Shown here piece after piece: positions 31,569 through 42,027 of a stretch of 64,000 nucleotides of DNA (position 1 is the first letter of the stretch; every line of letters begins with the position of its first letter). The DNA comes from Candidatus Poribacteria bacterium (GTDB lineage: Bacteria > Poribacteria > WGA-4E > WGA-3G): the NCBI GenBank assembly GCA_963663765.2, contig CAXXUA010000013.1, positions 64,001 to 128,000 of the forward strand, read 5' to 3'. The notes below the pieces were generated by a model. That model had not been told where the DNA came from. It worked only from the letters and a program-made list of their open reading frames with translations, and searched no databases. The position numbers were made by a program, and so were the translations under genes.

Positions 31569-33884
31569 ATGAATGAAGCCGATACGCGTATCAAAAATAT
31601 AGATCCTTTGCTAAGAGAAGCTGATTGGAGTGATTCAAACAACCCGGATGTACCATCTTTTAAACGGGAACACTATTTCACCGATGGAAAAATAAAAGGT
31701 GAAGGAATACGCGGAAAAGCAAGACGTGCCGATTATCTCCTCTACTACCGGCAACCCCATTTTCCTATTGCTGTTGTTGAGGCAAAAGCAGACTATAAAC
31801 GTCCATCTGATGGTCTCCAACAGGCAAAAACCTATGCACAAATGTTAGGGCTTAAATTTGCGTACTCTACAAATGGTGAACTTTTCGTAGAGCATGATTT
31901 TATTTTAGGTGTAGAAACTAAATTCTACAAAATACCCTCACCGTTGGAACTTTGGGAACGTCTGAAAAAGCATGAAGGTTTTTCTTCACAAGAAGAAAAT
32001 CTTATCCTTTCACCTTTTGACCTTACTGTCGGTAAAACTCCCCGATATTACCAACAAATTGCGATTAATAATGTTATCTCAGCCATAGTAAAAGATCAGA
32101 AACGAATTCTTTTGACAATGGCAACTGGAACAGGAAAAACCACTACCGCTTTCCAAATTTGTTGGAAACTTTGGCAGCAGCGTTGGAATCTCAAGGGGAA
32201 CCCGCGTCATCCGAAAATTCTCTACCTATCTGATAGAAAAATCCTCGTTGACGATCCAATGAATAAAGATTTTGCCGCTTTTGGAGAGGCACGACATCGG
32301 TTGGAACATGGTAAAGTTGTCAAAAGCCGAGGTATCTATTTCGCGCTTTATCAGTCTATCGGTCCCAGAGAGAATAATCCTGGCATCTATCGCGAATACG
32401 AAAAAGATTTCTTTGACCTCATTATTGTAGACGAATGCCACCGCGGCTCTGCTCAAGAGGATAGTTTGTGGCGGTCAGTGCTGGAATACTTTGAACCTGC
32501 GGTGCAACTTGGCATGACTGCAACACCTCTTCATGAGGAAACCCGAAACACCTATCAATATTTTGGCAATCCTGTCTATACCTACACACTTAAACAGGGT
32601 ATTGAAGATGGGTTTCTTGCACCTTATCGTGTTCGGCACGTTAAAACTACGGCAGACGCAGAAGGTTGGCAACCTACCCCTGGACAGACTGATCGACATG
32701 GTGAAAGAATACCTGAGAGGGAGTACAACACTGAAGACTTTGAAAATACACTTGCTTTAAGACCGCGTACGGAAGCGATTGCAAAACATTTGACAGGTCT
32801 ATTGGAATCTGATCCTTATGCCAAAACTATTGTCTTCTGCGTTGACCAAAAGCATGCAGACACTATGCGGGAAATCCTCTCTAATCTAAACGCTGAGCAT
32901 GTCCAAAGATACCCCGACTATGTAAGTCGTATCACTGCAGATGAAGGTGATTTTGGACGTGAACGTCTTAGTCGATTTCAAGATATTGAGAATGATTCTG
33001 TTATCATTGTAACTACTTCTAAACTCCTCACTACTGGTGTTGATGCACCAACAGTGAAAAATATCGCTATTGCACGAGGTGTTGGTTCAATGGTTGAATT
33101 TAAGCAGATGATTGGGAGAGGTTCTCGTGTCTGTGAGGAATACAAAAAATTTACTTTTAATATAATTGATTATACAGGAGCTTCGTTTAAACATTTTGCA
33201 GACCCTGATTTTGATGGCGAACCAATAGACGAAGATGATGATTTTATAGAAAGCGACGATAAAAAGAGTAATCGTAAAGGAAATGGCACTTCTGTTCAAC
33301 CGTCAGAAGGGCAAAAGTTCTATGTTGATGAAGGCACTGTGACAATTGCTGAGGAAGGGGTTTTAATCCTGAATCCTGACGGAAGTCAACAACATAAAAC
33401 TTACGTGGAATATGTTAGTGGAAAAATCTATACGCTGTACGAATCAGAATCAAAACTGCGTGAAAAATGGATTGACCAACATTCTCAGCGTGAAATTATT
33501 GAGGAATTGGAACAATTCGGTATTGAAAGAGAACAGTTAGTGAAAGAATTACAACTTCCAGATGGTGACACCTTTGATTCAATCGATTTGTTTTGCTATG
33601 TCGCTTTCGGAGCCGATCTCCAAACAAGAGAGCAACGCGCGCAACGAGTACGAAGAGATACTGAATTTTTTAAACAGTATAATGTTTTTGGACAGTATAT
33701 ACTGTATACGCTACTTGATAAATATAGTCAACACGGACCCGACGAACTGAAAATCCCTGGTGCATTAAATATGCCTCCTATTTCTGATCATGGTAATGTT
33801 GCTGAAATTGCCAAGTCTTTCGGAAATGAAAGCCAACTCCGAAAAGCGGTCGAAAAACTTCAGAAGTTGATTTATGAGGCATAA
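31569..33884 (+). CDS. hsdR: Type I restriction subunit R (EcoAI/EcoEI-like)
   Basis: NEADTR, ADYLL..VVEAK, MATGTGKT, DECHRG, TATP, QMIGRG. Confidence 0.95.
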   Translation: MNEADTRIKNIDPLLREADWSDSNNPDVPSFKREHYFTDGKIKGEGIRGKARRADYLLYYRQPHFPIAVVEAKADYKRPSDGLQQAKTYAQMLGLKFAYSTNGELFVEHDFILGVETKFYKIPSPLELWERLKKHEGFSSQEENLILSPFDLTVGKTPRYYQQIAINNVISAIVKDQKRILLTMATGTGKTTTAFQICWKLWQQRWNLKGNPRHPKILYLSDRKILVDDPMNKDFAAFGEARHRLEHGKVVKSRGIYFALYQSIGPRENNPGIYREYEKDFFDLIIVDECHRGSAQEDSLWRSVLEYFEPAVQLGMTATPLHEETRNTYQYFGNPVYTYTLKQGIEDGFLAPYRVRHVKTTADAEGWQPTPGQTDRHGERIPEREYNTEDFENTLALRPRTEAIAKHLTGLLESDPYAKTIVFCVDQKHADTMREILSNLNAEHVQRYPDYVSRITADEGDFGRERLSRFQDIENDSVIIVTTSKLLTTGVDAPTVKNIAIARGVGSMVEFKQMIGRGSRVCEEYKKFTFNIIDYTGASFKHFADPDFDGEPIDEDDDFIESDDKKSNRKGNGTSVQPSEGQKFYVDEGTVTIAEEGVLILNPDGSQQHKTYVEYVSGKIYTLYESESKLREKWIDQHSQREIIEELEQFGIEREQLVKELQLPDGDTFDSIDLFCYVAFGADLQTREQRAQRVRRDTEFFKQYNVFGQYILYTLLDKYSQHGPDELKIPGALNMPPISDHGNVAEIAKSFGNESQLRKAVEKLQKLIYEA

Positions 33885-33907
33885 TATGTACAAAAAAAGG
33901 AAATAAT

Positions 33908-36109
33908 ATGACACAAAACCCAAAACAGTTGCAGCTTTTAGAGAAATTAGAAAACTCACAAACAACGGCTCAGGAGTTAAAAACCCTTATCAAGTCTGCC
34001 CGTGATATTATGCGAAAGGACAAAGGATTAAGTGGTGAGTTAGACCGCATTCCGATGCTAACTTGGATTATGTTCCTTAAATTCCTTGATGACATGGAAC
34101 ATATCAGAGAATCAGAAGCTGAACTTGCAGGCAAAGATTTTCACCCACTTGTTGAAGAACCTTACCGTTGGCGAGATTGGGCAGCAGATGAAGGCGGCAT
34201 CACGGGGGACGATCTGATAAACTTTATCAACCTTGAAGAGGCTAATCTACCAGATAACACTAAAGGACAAGGACTTTTCCACTATTTGCGTAACCTTCGA
34301 TCTGCAGATGGTAAGGGCAGAGAAGATGTCATTGCAACTGTTTTTAGAGGTATCATTAATAGGATACAATCCGGTTACCTACTCAGAGATGTTGTTAACA
34401 AAGTCAACAGTATACATTTTGATGCATCTGAGGAAATGCACACGCTGAGCCGATTTTATGAGACAATGCTTAAAGAAATGCGTGATGCCGCGGGTGACTC
34501 TGGCGAATTTTATACGCCTCGTCCCGTTGTCAAATTTATCGTTGCTGTAACCAATCTTCAACTCGGTGAAACTGTGCTTGATCCTGCTTGCGGTACTGGA
34601 GGCTTTCTCGTTGAGGCATTTACCCACCTTGAAAAACAGTGTCCAACCATTGCTACTCGGCAAACGCTCCAAGAATCGACTATTTATGGGATAGAAGCTA
34701 AACCGATGTCTTATCTTCTCGGTCAGATGAATCTACTTTTGCATGGATTGGAAAATCCACAGATTAACTTTGGCAACTCTCTGACTGTCAAGAGGTACAA
34801 CGAAATTGGTGACAGTGACCGATACGATGTTATTCTCACCAATCCGCCCTTTGGCGGTGAAGAAGAGGTCAGCGTTAAAAACTATTTCCCAACCAACATG
34901 CAAACCGCAGAAACCGCGTTGCTATTTCTTCAGATCATCATGCGAAGACTCAAACGTCCCGAACGCAATAAGGGGAAACCGGGACGTGCCGCTGTTGTCG
35001 TGCCAAACGGAACGCTTTTTGAGGATGGAGTCTGTGCCCGTATCAAGGAAGAGCTCCTTACGAATTTCAATCTTCACACGATTGTTAGATTGCCAAAAGG
35101 GGTTTTCGCGCCATATACTGGCATACCAACTAATTTGCTCTTTTTTAACCGTTCCCATCCGACTAAGGAAATATGGTTTTATGAGATTCCGCTTCCGGAT
35201 GGTTGGAAGAGTTATTCCAAAACAAAACCGATGAAATTTGAAGGGTTTTCGGATTGTATTGAGTGGTTCCATCCAATCGCAGAAAGACAGGAAAATGAAT
35301 ATGCATGGAAGGTTAACGTTAAGGATGTTTTAAAATATGATGAAGAAGGCAAGATCGCCTCCGTGGATTTGGATCTAAAGAATCCTAACAGCGCGGAAAC
35401 TTTAGATCTTTTGCCTCCCATTGAAATTGTCAAAAGTATTACTCGGAAAGAGCAGAGCATCCTAGAATTGATGGAGGAAATCAGACTGAAATGTGTATCA
35501 GTTTACAACGATGCACTAAAACCCAACGAAAGTTGGAATATTAAATATGTTAGTGAATTGTGTGAGAAACCACAGTATGGATACACAGCTTCTGCTACGA
35601 CTGAACAAATTGGACCGCGTTTTCTACGCATTACAGATATCCAAAATGGTTCGGTTAACTGGGAAACAGTTCCATACTGTGATTGTCCGAAACCTGAAAA
35701 ATATCTTCTCCAAAAGGACGACATCTTATTTGCTCGAACTGGACCAACAGGTAGAAGTTTCCTTGTAGAAGAGTGTCCGATAGCCGTATTTGCATCATAT
35801 CTTATTCGCCTTCGTGTTTGTGAGTGGGTCACGCCACAATATCTCTATGCGTTTTTCCAGTCACCATATTATTGGGCACAAGTTTTAGAAAACACCATTG
35901 GAAGTGCCCAACCAAACTGTAACGCGACGAAACTTGCAAACCTCAAGGTACCAATTCCTCCACCTGCAGAGCAGCAGAGCATTGTAAACTATTTAGGTGA
36001 CTTCCAGAAGAAGGTAAACCGTATCAAAATCTTCCAAGCTCAGACAACCCACGAACTTGATGGGATTCTGCCTTCCGTTTTTGATAAAATCTTTCGGCAG
36101 GATGAGTAA
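33908..36109 (+). CDS. hsdM: Type I m6A methyltransferase fused to a single-TRD specificity half-subunit (HsdM-HsdS fusion)
   Basis: GEFYTPR, DPACGTGGF, NPPF; C-terminal FLRITDI...DILFAR...FASYLIRLR...IPPPAEQ. Confidence 0.9.
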   Translation: MTQNPKQLQLLEKLENSQTTAQELKTLIKSARDIMRKDKGLSGELDRIPMLTWIMFLKFLDDMEHIRESEAELAGKDFHPLVEEPYRWRDWAADEGGITGDDLINFINLEEANLPDNTKGQGLFHYLRNLRSADGKGREDVIATVFRGIINRIQSGYLLRDVVNKVNSIHFDASEEMHTLSRFYETMLKEMRDAAGDSGEFYTPRPVVKFIVAVTNLQLGETVLDPACGTGGFLVEAFTHLEKQCPTIATRQTLQESTIYGIEAKPMSYLLGQMNLLLHGLENPQINFGNSLTVKRYNEIGDSDRYDVILTNPPFGGEEEVSVKNYFPTNMQTAETALLFLQIIMRRLKRPERNKGKPGRAAVVVPNGTLFEDGVCARIKEELLTNFNLHTIVRLPKGVFAPYTGIPTNLLFFNRSHPTKEIWFYEIPLPDGWKSYSKTKPMKFEGFSDCIEWFHPIAERQENEYAWKVNVKDVLKYDEEGKIASVDLDLKNPNSAETLDLLPPIEIVKSITRKEQSILELMEEIRLKCVSVYNDALKPNESWNIKYVSELCEKPQYGYTASATTEQIGPRFLRITDIQNGSVNWETVPYCDCPKPEKYLLQKDDILFARTGPTGRSFLVEECPIAVFASYLIRLRVCEWVTPQYLYAFFQSPYYWAQVLENTIGSAQPNCNATKLANLKVPIPPPAEQQSIVNYLGDFQKKVNRIKIFQAQTTHELDGILPSVFDKIFRQDE

Positions 36110-36142
36110 CTTTCCAGTCCCTACCAGTTTTATGGGAAGATA

Positions 36143-37024
36143 TTATTGATTTTTCTCCGTTTGCTTCCTTTCCTGAATTTCTTTTTCTATCTGGGTGTTT
36201 TCTTCAAAATTATTACGGATTTGTTCTTTACTCCGATAATCCCCAGGGTACCACGTGTGTACAGGAAAAACCGGCAGTTTCAAATGGTGTGATGTCCAAT
36301 CATCATAAGGATATTTCGCGAAAAATGAAATGTCAGTAAGTTCGCTATCAAGTGGTTCTAAGCCAAAACTCAATACATAACCTAACGGAGGAAATGCAAT
36401 CTCACTGGAAGAAAGACTTTTCGGAGAATCTCTCTGATACTGATTTAACATGTCATCAAGCATATCGCGACTTATTTCGTCCGGATTGATCTCAATTGCT
36501 GATATTGATGTTCCACCTACATAACGCGCATGGGGACCAAGAGAAAAATACACGAAAATTCGAATGTCCGGACTTAGGTAACGTTCATTTTTGTTAAGAA
36601 CAAACTTTACCAAATCAGGATGGCTGAATCTAAATTGATCCTTGTTAATGCTAAAAAACATAGTGATAATTTGTTTAATCACTCGCAAAGGATAGATGCG
36701 AAATGGATAGTAGAGCGATGGTTGCCCTTTCACATGCTTAAGGATATCAAGACTTTGATGTGCAAAATTAGCGAATGCATCTCCGTACCATGCCCCTGTA
36801 TCGTTATTACATTTCTCACAGAGCGTATAAGCACCAGCACCCCGTTGAGATATACGCCCTTTTCCATCAAAATAGTAGTCAGGGTCCTTGTTGATAAGTT
36901 CAAAGATGTGTTTTCCTGCTACGCGATGGTTGTTAAATGCAGCACGGGGCGGAACATGTTCAAATGATAATTTCGCATGTCTGCCACAGATACGGCAGTT
37001 ACCGAATACTTTTTTGCGCGCCAT
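36143..37024 (-). CDS. HNH-type (zinc finger) endonuclease-like protein
   Basis: CRICG..LSFEHVPP...CEKCNN. Confidence 0.75.
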   Translation of the reverse strand: MARKKVFGNCRICGRHAKLSFEHVPPRAAFNNHRVAGKHIFELINKDPDYYFDGKGRISQRGAGAYTLCEKCNNDTGAWYGDAFANFAHQSLDILKHVKGQPSLYYPFRIYPLRVIKQIITMFFSINKDQFRFSHPDLVKFVLNKNERYLSPDIRIFVYFSLGPHARYVGGTSISAIEINPDEISRDMLDDMLNQYQRDSPKSLSSSEIAFPPLGYVLSFGLEPLDSELTDISFFAKYPYDDWTSHHLKLPVFPVHTWYPGDYRSKEQIRNNFEENTQIEKEIQERKQTEKNQ

Positions 37025-37106
37025 GCAAAACCTCTTGACTGATCGGTGAATTAGGTATTCCACACGAGCTCTAATCCACATAGATGACCTTCTACCGTAT
37101 GCTAAT

Positions 37107-38561
37107 TTAGAGAGCGAGCAATACTCTATGGATTTCGACTGTAGCGAGGGTATCCAGTTCGCAATACTCCTTTAAATGTTTAATCATTTCGCTTTTCTTT
37201 CTTTCATTTTTCGTATTGAGCATCAGATTCCAGACAGCCTGGGCTTCTAAACCATCTTGTACATCCATATTTTCATAGCACAACGAAGGCACTAAAACAG
37301 GAAGCACATCCTTGAGAGAATTAGAACCGCAAAAATCAGGATGCATATAATGTTTTTGGAATATCACTAACTGATCCCAAAGGCGGTCTATGATTGACTG
37401 AAGTATTGAAGCATGATCGGGAAAAGATTGCACTAGATCTTCAAGCAATCTTTTTTCAAAACTTGCGTTGTAAACCACTATAGAACCATTAGTGGAAATG
37501 TGATTAAGTAAAGATGCTAACAATTGTTCTCTCGGATCGGACATATCAGTATGTAGGTATTCGTGATGCGTAACCGATCCATCTTGTTGCAGGACGTGAC
37601 AACTGTACTGAAATAGAAACTGTTGGTACGGTCGTAATCCGTCAAATATCGGAATCGGAGGATTGTCTGTTTCAAAATCAAGAAAGTGAATTGGATATTC
37701 TAATTCAGTCAAAAGGCTTTGGATTGCTGGAATATCAATCTCTGGTTGTTCATCTTGAACACTATTTACGTACGTCCGTTGCCTATCGCTCAGTGGATAA
37801 TCGGCAGGGACATCTTTAAGACCAAATATACCTTTTTTTATGAAGTCGTTCTTTTTATTTCGGTTAAGGCGTGAAATAGTAAAAATGGATTTTTTAGGAA
37901 CGGACTTCCAACAATACGTTTTCTTAAACGGACAAGTGTAGGGTTTATCACAGTGGTCCCCAATCAAAACCTGTGGTTCATCGTTTCCATTGAGTATGGT
38001 TTTGAACTTTTCTACATTGCTGTGAACATCGTCCATCAACTGATTGACCTGATCTGTTACATCCTCAATAGTAAATAGGTTTGACAGATCAGGGTAAACA
38101 CAATCTTTACTATTTATGAACATTAATTGGGTTTCAGAAATAGATAACCCATGCTCAGTTAAAACGTACTTTTGGATTGCTAGGTCCTGCAAGTGTTCTT
38201 CTTTGACACTTGTTGATGCCTTTACTTCAGTGAGCCGCCACGATTTTGAGTCTTTCTGAAGAATGTCGCATTTAACCAAAACATCATTGAAAGTGAATGA
38301 AGCTTCAAAAATACATGAATCACCACGTTTTATGGCTTCTTTGGTTTGTTCTACGGAAACCAGAGGGTCTATGGCATTAATAAGCACTCCCTCTGGAAAA
38401 TAGTCACGAGCTAAAATTCCAACATCTTTACTCTGATCAAATCTTCGCTGTTGTGATATGGAAATTTTTGCAGCTCTGTCTGGATGTTTATCTTCATTCC
38501 AGATACGTTTATGACACTGTACACCATACAAATATTTTGATTTTGTAAGATAATTTGGCAT
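37107..38561 (-). CDS. DUF2779 protein: Cas4-like PD-(D/E)XK nuclease plus DEDDy/RNase H-like exonuclease
   Basis: LTKSKY..C, CDIL..EVKAS, HC..PY.CPF...C, LDFET, YNASFE, SLKDVLP, YCELD. Confidence 0.85.
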   Translation of the reverse strand: MPNYLTKSKYLYGVQCHKRIWNEDKHPDRAAKISISQQRRFDQSKDVGILARDYFPEGVLINAIDPLVSVEQTKEAIKRGDSCIFEASFTFNDVLVKCDILQKDSKSWRLTEVKASTSVKEEHLQDLAIQKYVLTEHGLSISETQLMFINSKDCVYPDLSNLFTIEDVTDQVNQLMDDVHSNVEKFKTILNGNDEPQVLIGDHCDKPYTCPFKKTYCWKSVPKKSIFTISRLNRNKKNDFIKKGIFGLKDVPADYPLSDRQRTYVNSVQDEQPEIDIPAIQSLLTELEYPIHFLDFETDNPPIPIFDGLRPYQQFLFQYSCHVLQQDGSVTHHEYLHTDMSDPREQLLASLLNHISTNGSIVVYNASFEKRLLEDLVQSFPDHASILQSIIDRLWDQLVIFQKHYMHPDFCGSNSLKDVLPVLVPSLCYENMDVQDGLEAQAVWNLMLNTKNERKKSEMIKHLKEYCELDTLATVEIHRVLLAL

Positions 38562-38667
38562 TGTTACACCTCTTAATATTTTATTATATTGACTTAGATC
38601 ACCGACATAATACCCCAACAACGCAGTCCCCTCACGATAGGTCTGAAAAGCACCTAACACACCGCAT

Positions 38668-38853
38668 CAATCAGCAACTTCAGAGTCCACAGATTCTGGG
38701 AGTTTTGGATTTTTACTTGGTAAATCTGCGAATTTATATTTGCCAGACCGCCGCATCTTTTCCTGCATCTCTTGGTAGTGCGCGACCAACCGTCCTACAT
38801 CATGGTCAAACCGTGCAGAGATTTTATGCCGTATTTCACGTACCTCGTTGACG
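38668..38853 (-). pseudogene. 5'-truncated, frameshifted copy of the small gene at 43934-44170
   Basis: VNEVREIRHKISARFDHDV... with one extra A; high nucleotide identity to 43934-44120. Confidence 0.85.
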
Positions 38854-40154
38854 TCACACTACACGCTAAAGCGTGTGGATTCTGTATAGCAGAAATATAG
38901 TCGAGTTGTAGAATGATGAAGTTTGTAGAATCACAATCGTCACAAGATGTGTGTATAGTACCACACCACGCGTGAAACGTCAAGTAGGTAAAACACGTGG
39001 GGTGTGTAAAGTTTTTGGCATGAAAATGCCTTGAATGGAGTTCTTGCTCAGAATGTATACACATGGTATCCTAACCTAATAAATAAATTTCAATTTTAGG
39101 AGAGGATACCAATGTCAAGTATATCATTAAGTGTTCATGAAAGCAATGATTGGGAAGATGATTTTAGAAAGATTGTCAAAGAAGTAACCGATCTCTATGG
39201 AGACATTGATGCTGACGAGAGTTTATCTTTAGATGATGTTGAAGTTCGTGTTTCCGAAGCATTTCGTTCTCTTGAACAAAAGTTTTTAGAAGTGTGTGTG
39301 TGTCTAAAAAGGCAGGTAAGAAAGAGAGTGAACCTGTTGAATGTCCAGAGTGTCAAGCACCTTGTCGTCCATTACGCAAGCGTGCGAAACATCTAACAAC
39401 TCTTTGTGGCAAAATAAGTCCAAGGCGTTGGGTGTATTGTTGTGAACACGGACATAGGCATGCCCCGTGGGAAGTCAAACAGAAGTTATCGGATCAATAC
39501 ACGCATCGTGTCGTTGAAGCGATGTGTCGTTTGTCTGCGCGTATTGACTATAGGGAAGCATCAGAGGAGTTGTCTCATCAAGGGATAGAAGTGAGTCACA
39601 CGACACTTCATCAAAGTGTGTGTAAGTTGGCAGAAGATTTGGATGTATGTGAACAAGTAGAGGCTCAAGAACTTGCGGAAAATCAGCGTTGGTATGTGAG
39701 TTGCGATGGGTGCCACACGAACTCTCCGGATGGGTGGAAAGAGGTGAAAGTGGGGTGTATTTACAGAGATTATCCACAACCTGTTTCGGGTGGGACCCCG
39801 AGTGTGAGAACAGAAAGTATTCGGTATGTTGCGGGTCGTCAAAATGCCGCCGCATTTGGTAAAAAGTTGTATGCGTTAGCACTACAAAGTGGCATCTATC
39901 AAAAAGATATAAATACACAAGAGATTGTATTTATCGGAGATGGTGCTGCGTGGATTTGGAACCTTTGTAAAGAATACTTTCCGAATGCTGTTCAGATTGT
40001 GGATTATCCACACGCCGTGTCTCATCTGTATGATGTTGCGAAACTTGTGTTTGAAGAGACAGAAACGGAGCTGTTTGAAGCGTGGATAAAAGAAACAGAA
40101 TGTTTTCTGCATGATGGGAACATCGCAGAAGTTGCCTCAAGCATTCGTGCCTTA

Positions 40155-40243
40155 TACCAAATTAATGGAATTTATCTTGTTTACGACGGTAGGTGCGGTT
40201 TCCTAACCGCACACTTAGCAAGACGACTCACGTTAATTGGGTA
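40155..40243. mobile_element. 89-bp MITE with IS630-type ends inside the ISKra4 transposase gene
   Basis: TACCAAATTAA...TTAATTGGGTA ends; TTA duplication; removal restores RALATQHPE. Confidence 0.88.
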
Positions 40244-40410
40244 TTAGCTACACAGCACCCAGAGGTGTCAGAGAGTTTAGAAAGAGAAGCAAGATATTTT
40301 GAAAAACATGCAAACCGCATGCAGTATAAAGCGTTTAGAGAAAAAGGGTATATGATTGGAAGTGGTGTGATTGAAAGTGCATGTAAACATGTTGTCGGAG
40401 AAAGGTGTAA

Positions 40411-41566
40411 TACCAAATTAACGCGTGTCGTATTGTTTTTCCATTTTGCAAATCCACTGAAAACCGACGTGTGCCAGCACTTTCTTTTTGTTTTCGGAAA
40501 ACCATTGACACCTTTTTACCAATACTTCTTCAAGTGCTGATAGTGTTGTCCAAACTTTATTCACAACCACCTCCCGCAACAGAGGCCATAAGCGTTCAGC
40601 AGGTTGAAGTTCCGGTGTATACGGCGGCAAATAAAATAACTCAATCCCTTGTGGGACTTCTAAACCTTTACCCGTATGAAAACCCGCACGATCTAACAAG
40701 AGGATTATCTGTTTCTTGCCTTCCGGGTTTACATCACGAGCAAACTCTGCCAACGCAAGGTTCATGATTTCAACACTCACACTCGGCATCAGAAGCCAAT
40801 AGGTCTCACCTGTCTGCGGACGGACAAAACCGAAACCATAGAGCCATTTATAGGCTGGACACACCGGGGCTACCGGTCTTTCACCTTGCTTCGCCCAGAC
40901 ACGCCGATGAACAGGTAATAAGCCTAAGCGCGTCTCGTCTTCTGCCCAAATCTCTACAGGTTTCTCCGGGTGCTGACTTTCAAGCGTAGCTACCCGATCC
41001 TTAAGTTTTTTTTTAAATGTTTGCTGTGCTTCGGGGGTTGCAGCAGCCTGATGTTGTGGACGAGGCGTTTGTAAAGTCCAACCGAGACGCTTGAGATATT
41101 TCCAACCTGACACATTACTGACAGGACGCTGAAGGGTCTCAGATATCCACGCTGCTACCTTCGGACCTGTCCAAAGACCACCATCAGCAGGGGGCTCAGA
41201 AAGCACAGCTTCAAGTGCTGCTTGCTGTTTCTCATCCAAAAAACGCTTGCCTTTATTGTTTTTCCGTTTATCTTGTAGAGCTGTTTCCCCTTCAGCATTA
41301 TAGCGTTTGAGCAACTTGCGAACCCAGTCCGGAGTGCATCCTACAATCTCAGCGACTTCGCGGGGTGTGCGTGGATGTGTCGTATCAGCAAGAAGCCAAA
41401 TAATATGCCAATGCGTCCGTTCCCGAGTACATTTACATTCAAGATACCTTTGTCTAAGAACTTCTACTGGAAAGTGAGGGAGAACCTCATGTTTTTTCTT
41501 TTTCATCTGTTCACAATAGCATATTTTCAAAAAAATATAAACAAGAACTATTCCGTTAATACGGTA
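40411..41566 (-). mobile_element. IS630-family insertion sequence, apparently intact
   Basis: TACCAAATTAACG/CGTTAATACGGTA ends; TAA duplication; removal restores ERCKQAAMRW. Confidence 0.92.
40418..41506 (-). CDS. IS630-family transposase (HTH + DDE) in a single frame
   Basis: WAEDETRLG, LDRAGFH, LPPYTPELQPAERLW. Confidence 0.93.
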   Translation of the reverse strand: MKKKKHEVLPHFPVEVLRQRYLECKCTRERTHWHIIWLLADTTHPRTPREVAEIVGCTPDWVRKLLKRYNAEGETALQDKRKNNKGKRFLDEKQQAALEAVLSEPPADGGLWTGPKVAAWISETLQRPVSNVSGWKYLKRLGWTLQTPRPQHQAAATPEAQQTFKKKLKDRVATLESQHPEKPVEIWAEDETRLGLLPVHRRVWAKQGERPVAPVCPAYKWLYGFGFVRPQTGETYWLLMPSVSVEIMNLALAEFARDVNPEGKKQIILLLDRAGFHTGKGLEVPQGIELFYLPPYTPELQPAERLWPLLREVVVNKVWTTLSALEEVLVKRCQWFSENKKKVLAHVGFQWICKMEKQYDTR

Positions 41567-41941
41567 TAAACAAGCAGCTATGAGATGGGAGCAACCGGGC
41601 ATCAATGCTGTGCTAAAGTGGAGATGTTTGTCAAAGAATAAGGCTTGGGACAGATATTGGTATCCAAACACAAAAGCAGCATGATGTCCATGCCAAAAAC
41701 TTTACACACCCAAACACGTGTATCTGAGGTTCTGTTATATTTAAGAATAATACGCCTCCGATGTGCAGGTGGAGGTGGGTTTCGTGCTTGCTTTTTTACA
41801 CAACCTACGGTATAGTGTTATATGAAAGTTCGGAATGGATTAATGCATCCCGAACTTTCACATTATAAGGGTAAGTTCGGTCTGGGCTTGAAAAGTAATG
41901 ATACGTATTGAACCGATTTGTCACATCGGACTGGACTGCCT

Positions 41942-41979
41942 AAGAATTGTCAGTGAGTTACATCTCACTGACAATTCTT
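41942..41979 (-). terminator. 16-bp perfect hairpin downstream of the kwaB-like gene
   Basis: AAGAATTGTCAGTGAG-N6-CTCACTGACAATTCTT. Confidence 0.6.
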
Positions 41980-42027
41980 CTGTGCAGTATTATATCATAA
42001 AATTGATAGAAATGTAACATGAATCAA

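Larger units (their letters stand above)
39000..41711 (+). mobile_element. ISKra4-family (UPF0236) insertion sequence, inactivated
   Basis: 23-bp perfect TIR GGGTGTGTAAAGTTTTTGGCATG; 9-bp TSD AAACACGTG; CPEC, CDG, GDGAAWIW, DYPHA, IGSGVIESACK, MRW; frameshift in a GT run near 39295. Confidence 0.93.

Noticed and set aside
38640-38670. GTTAGGT (GTTRRRY) after both antitoxin copies as an integron attC site
   Set aside because: No matching RYYYAAC inverse core or attC hairpin was seen, and there is no integron integrase; duplication explains it
41507-41671. N-terminal 55 aa of the 417-aa ORF
   Set aside because: It extends beyond the IS630 end into antisense ISKra4 sequence; the real start is probably 41506
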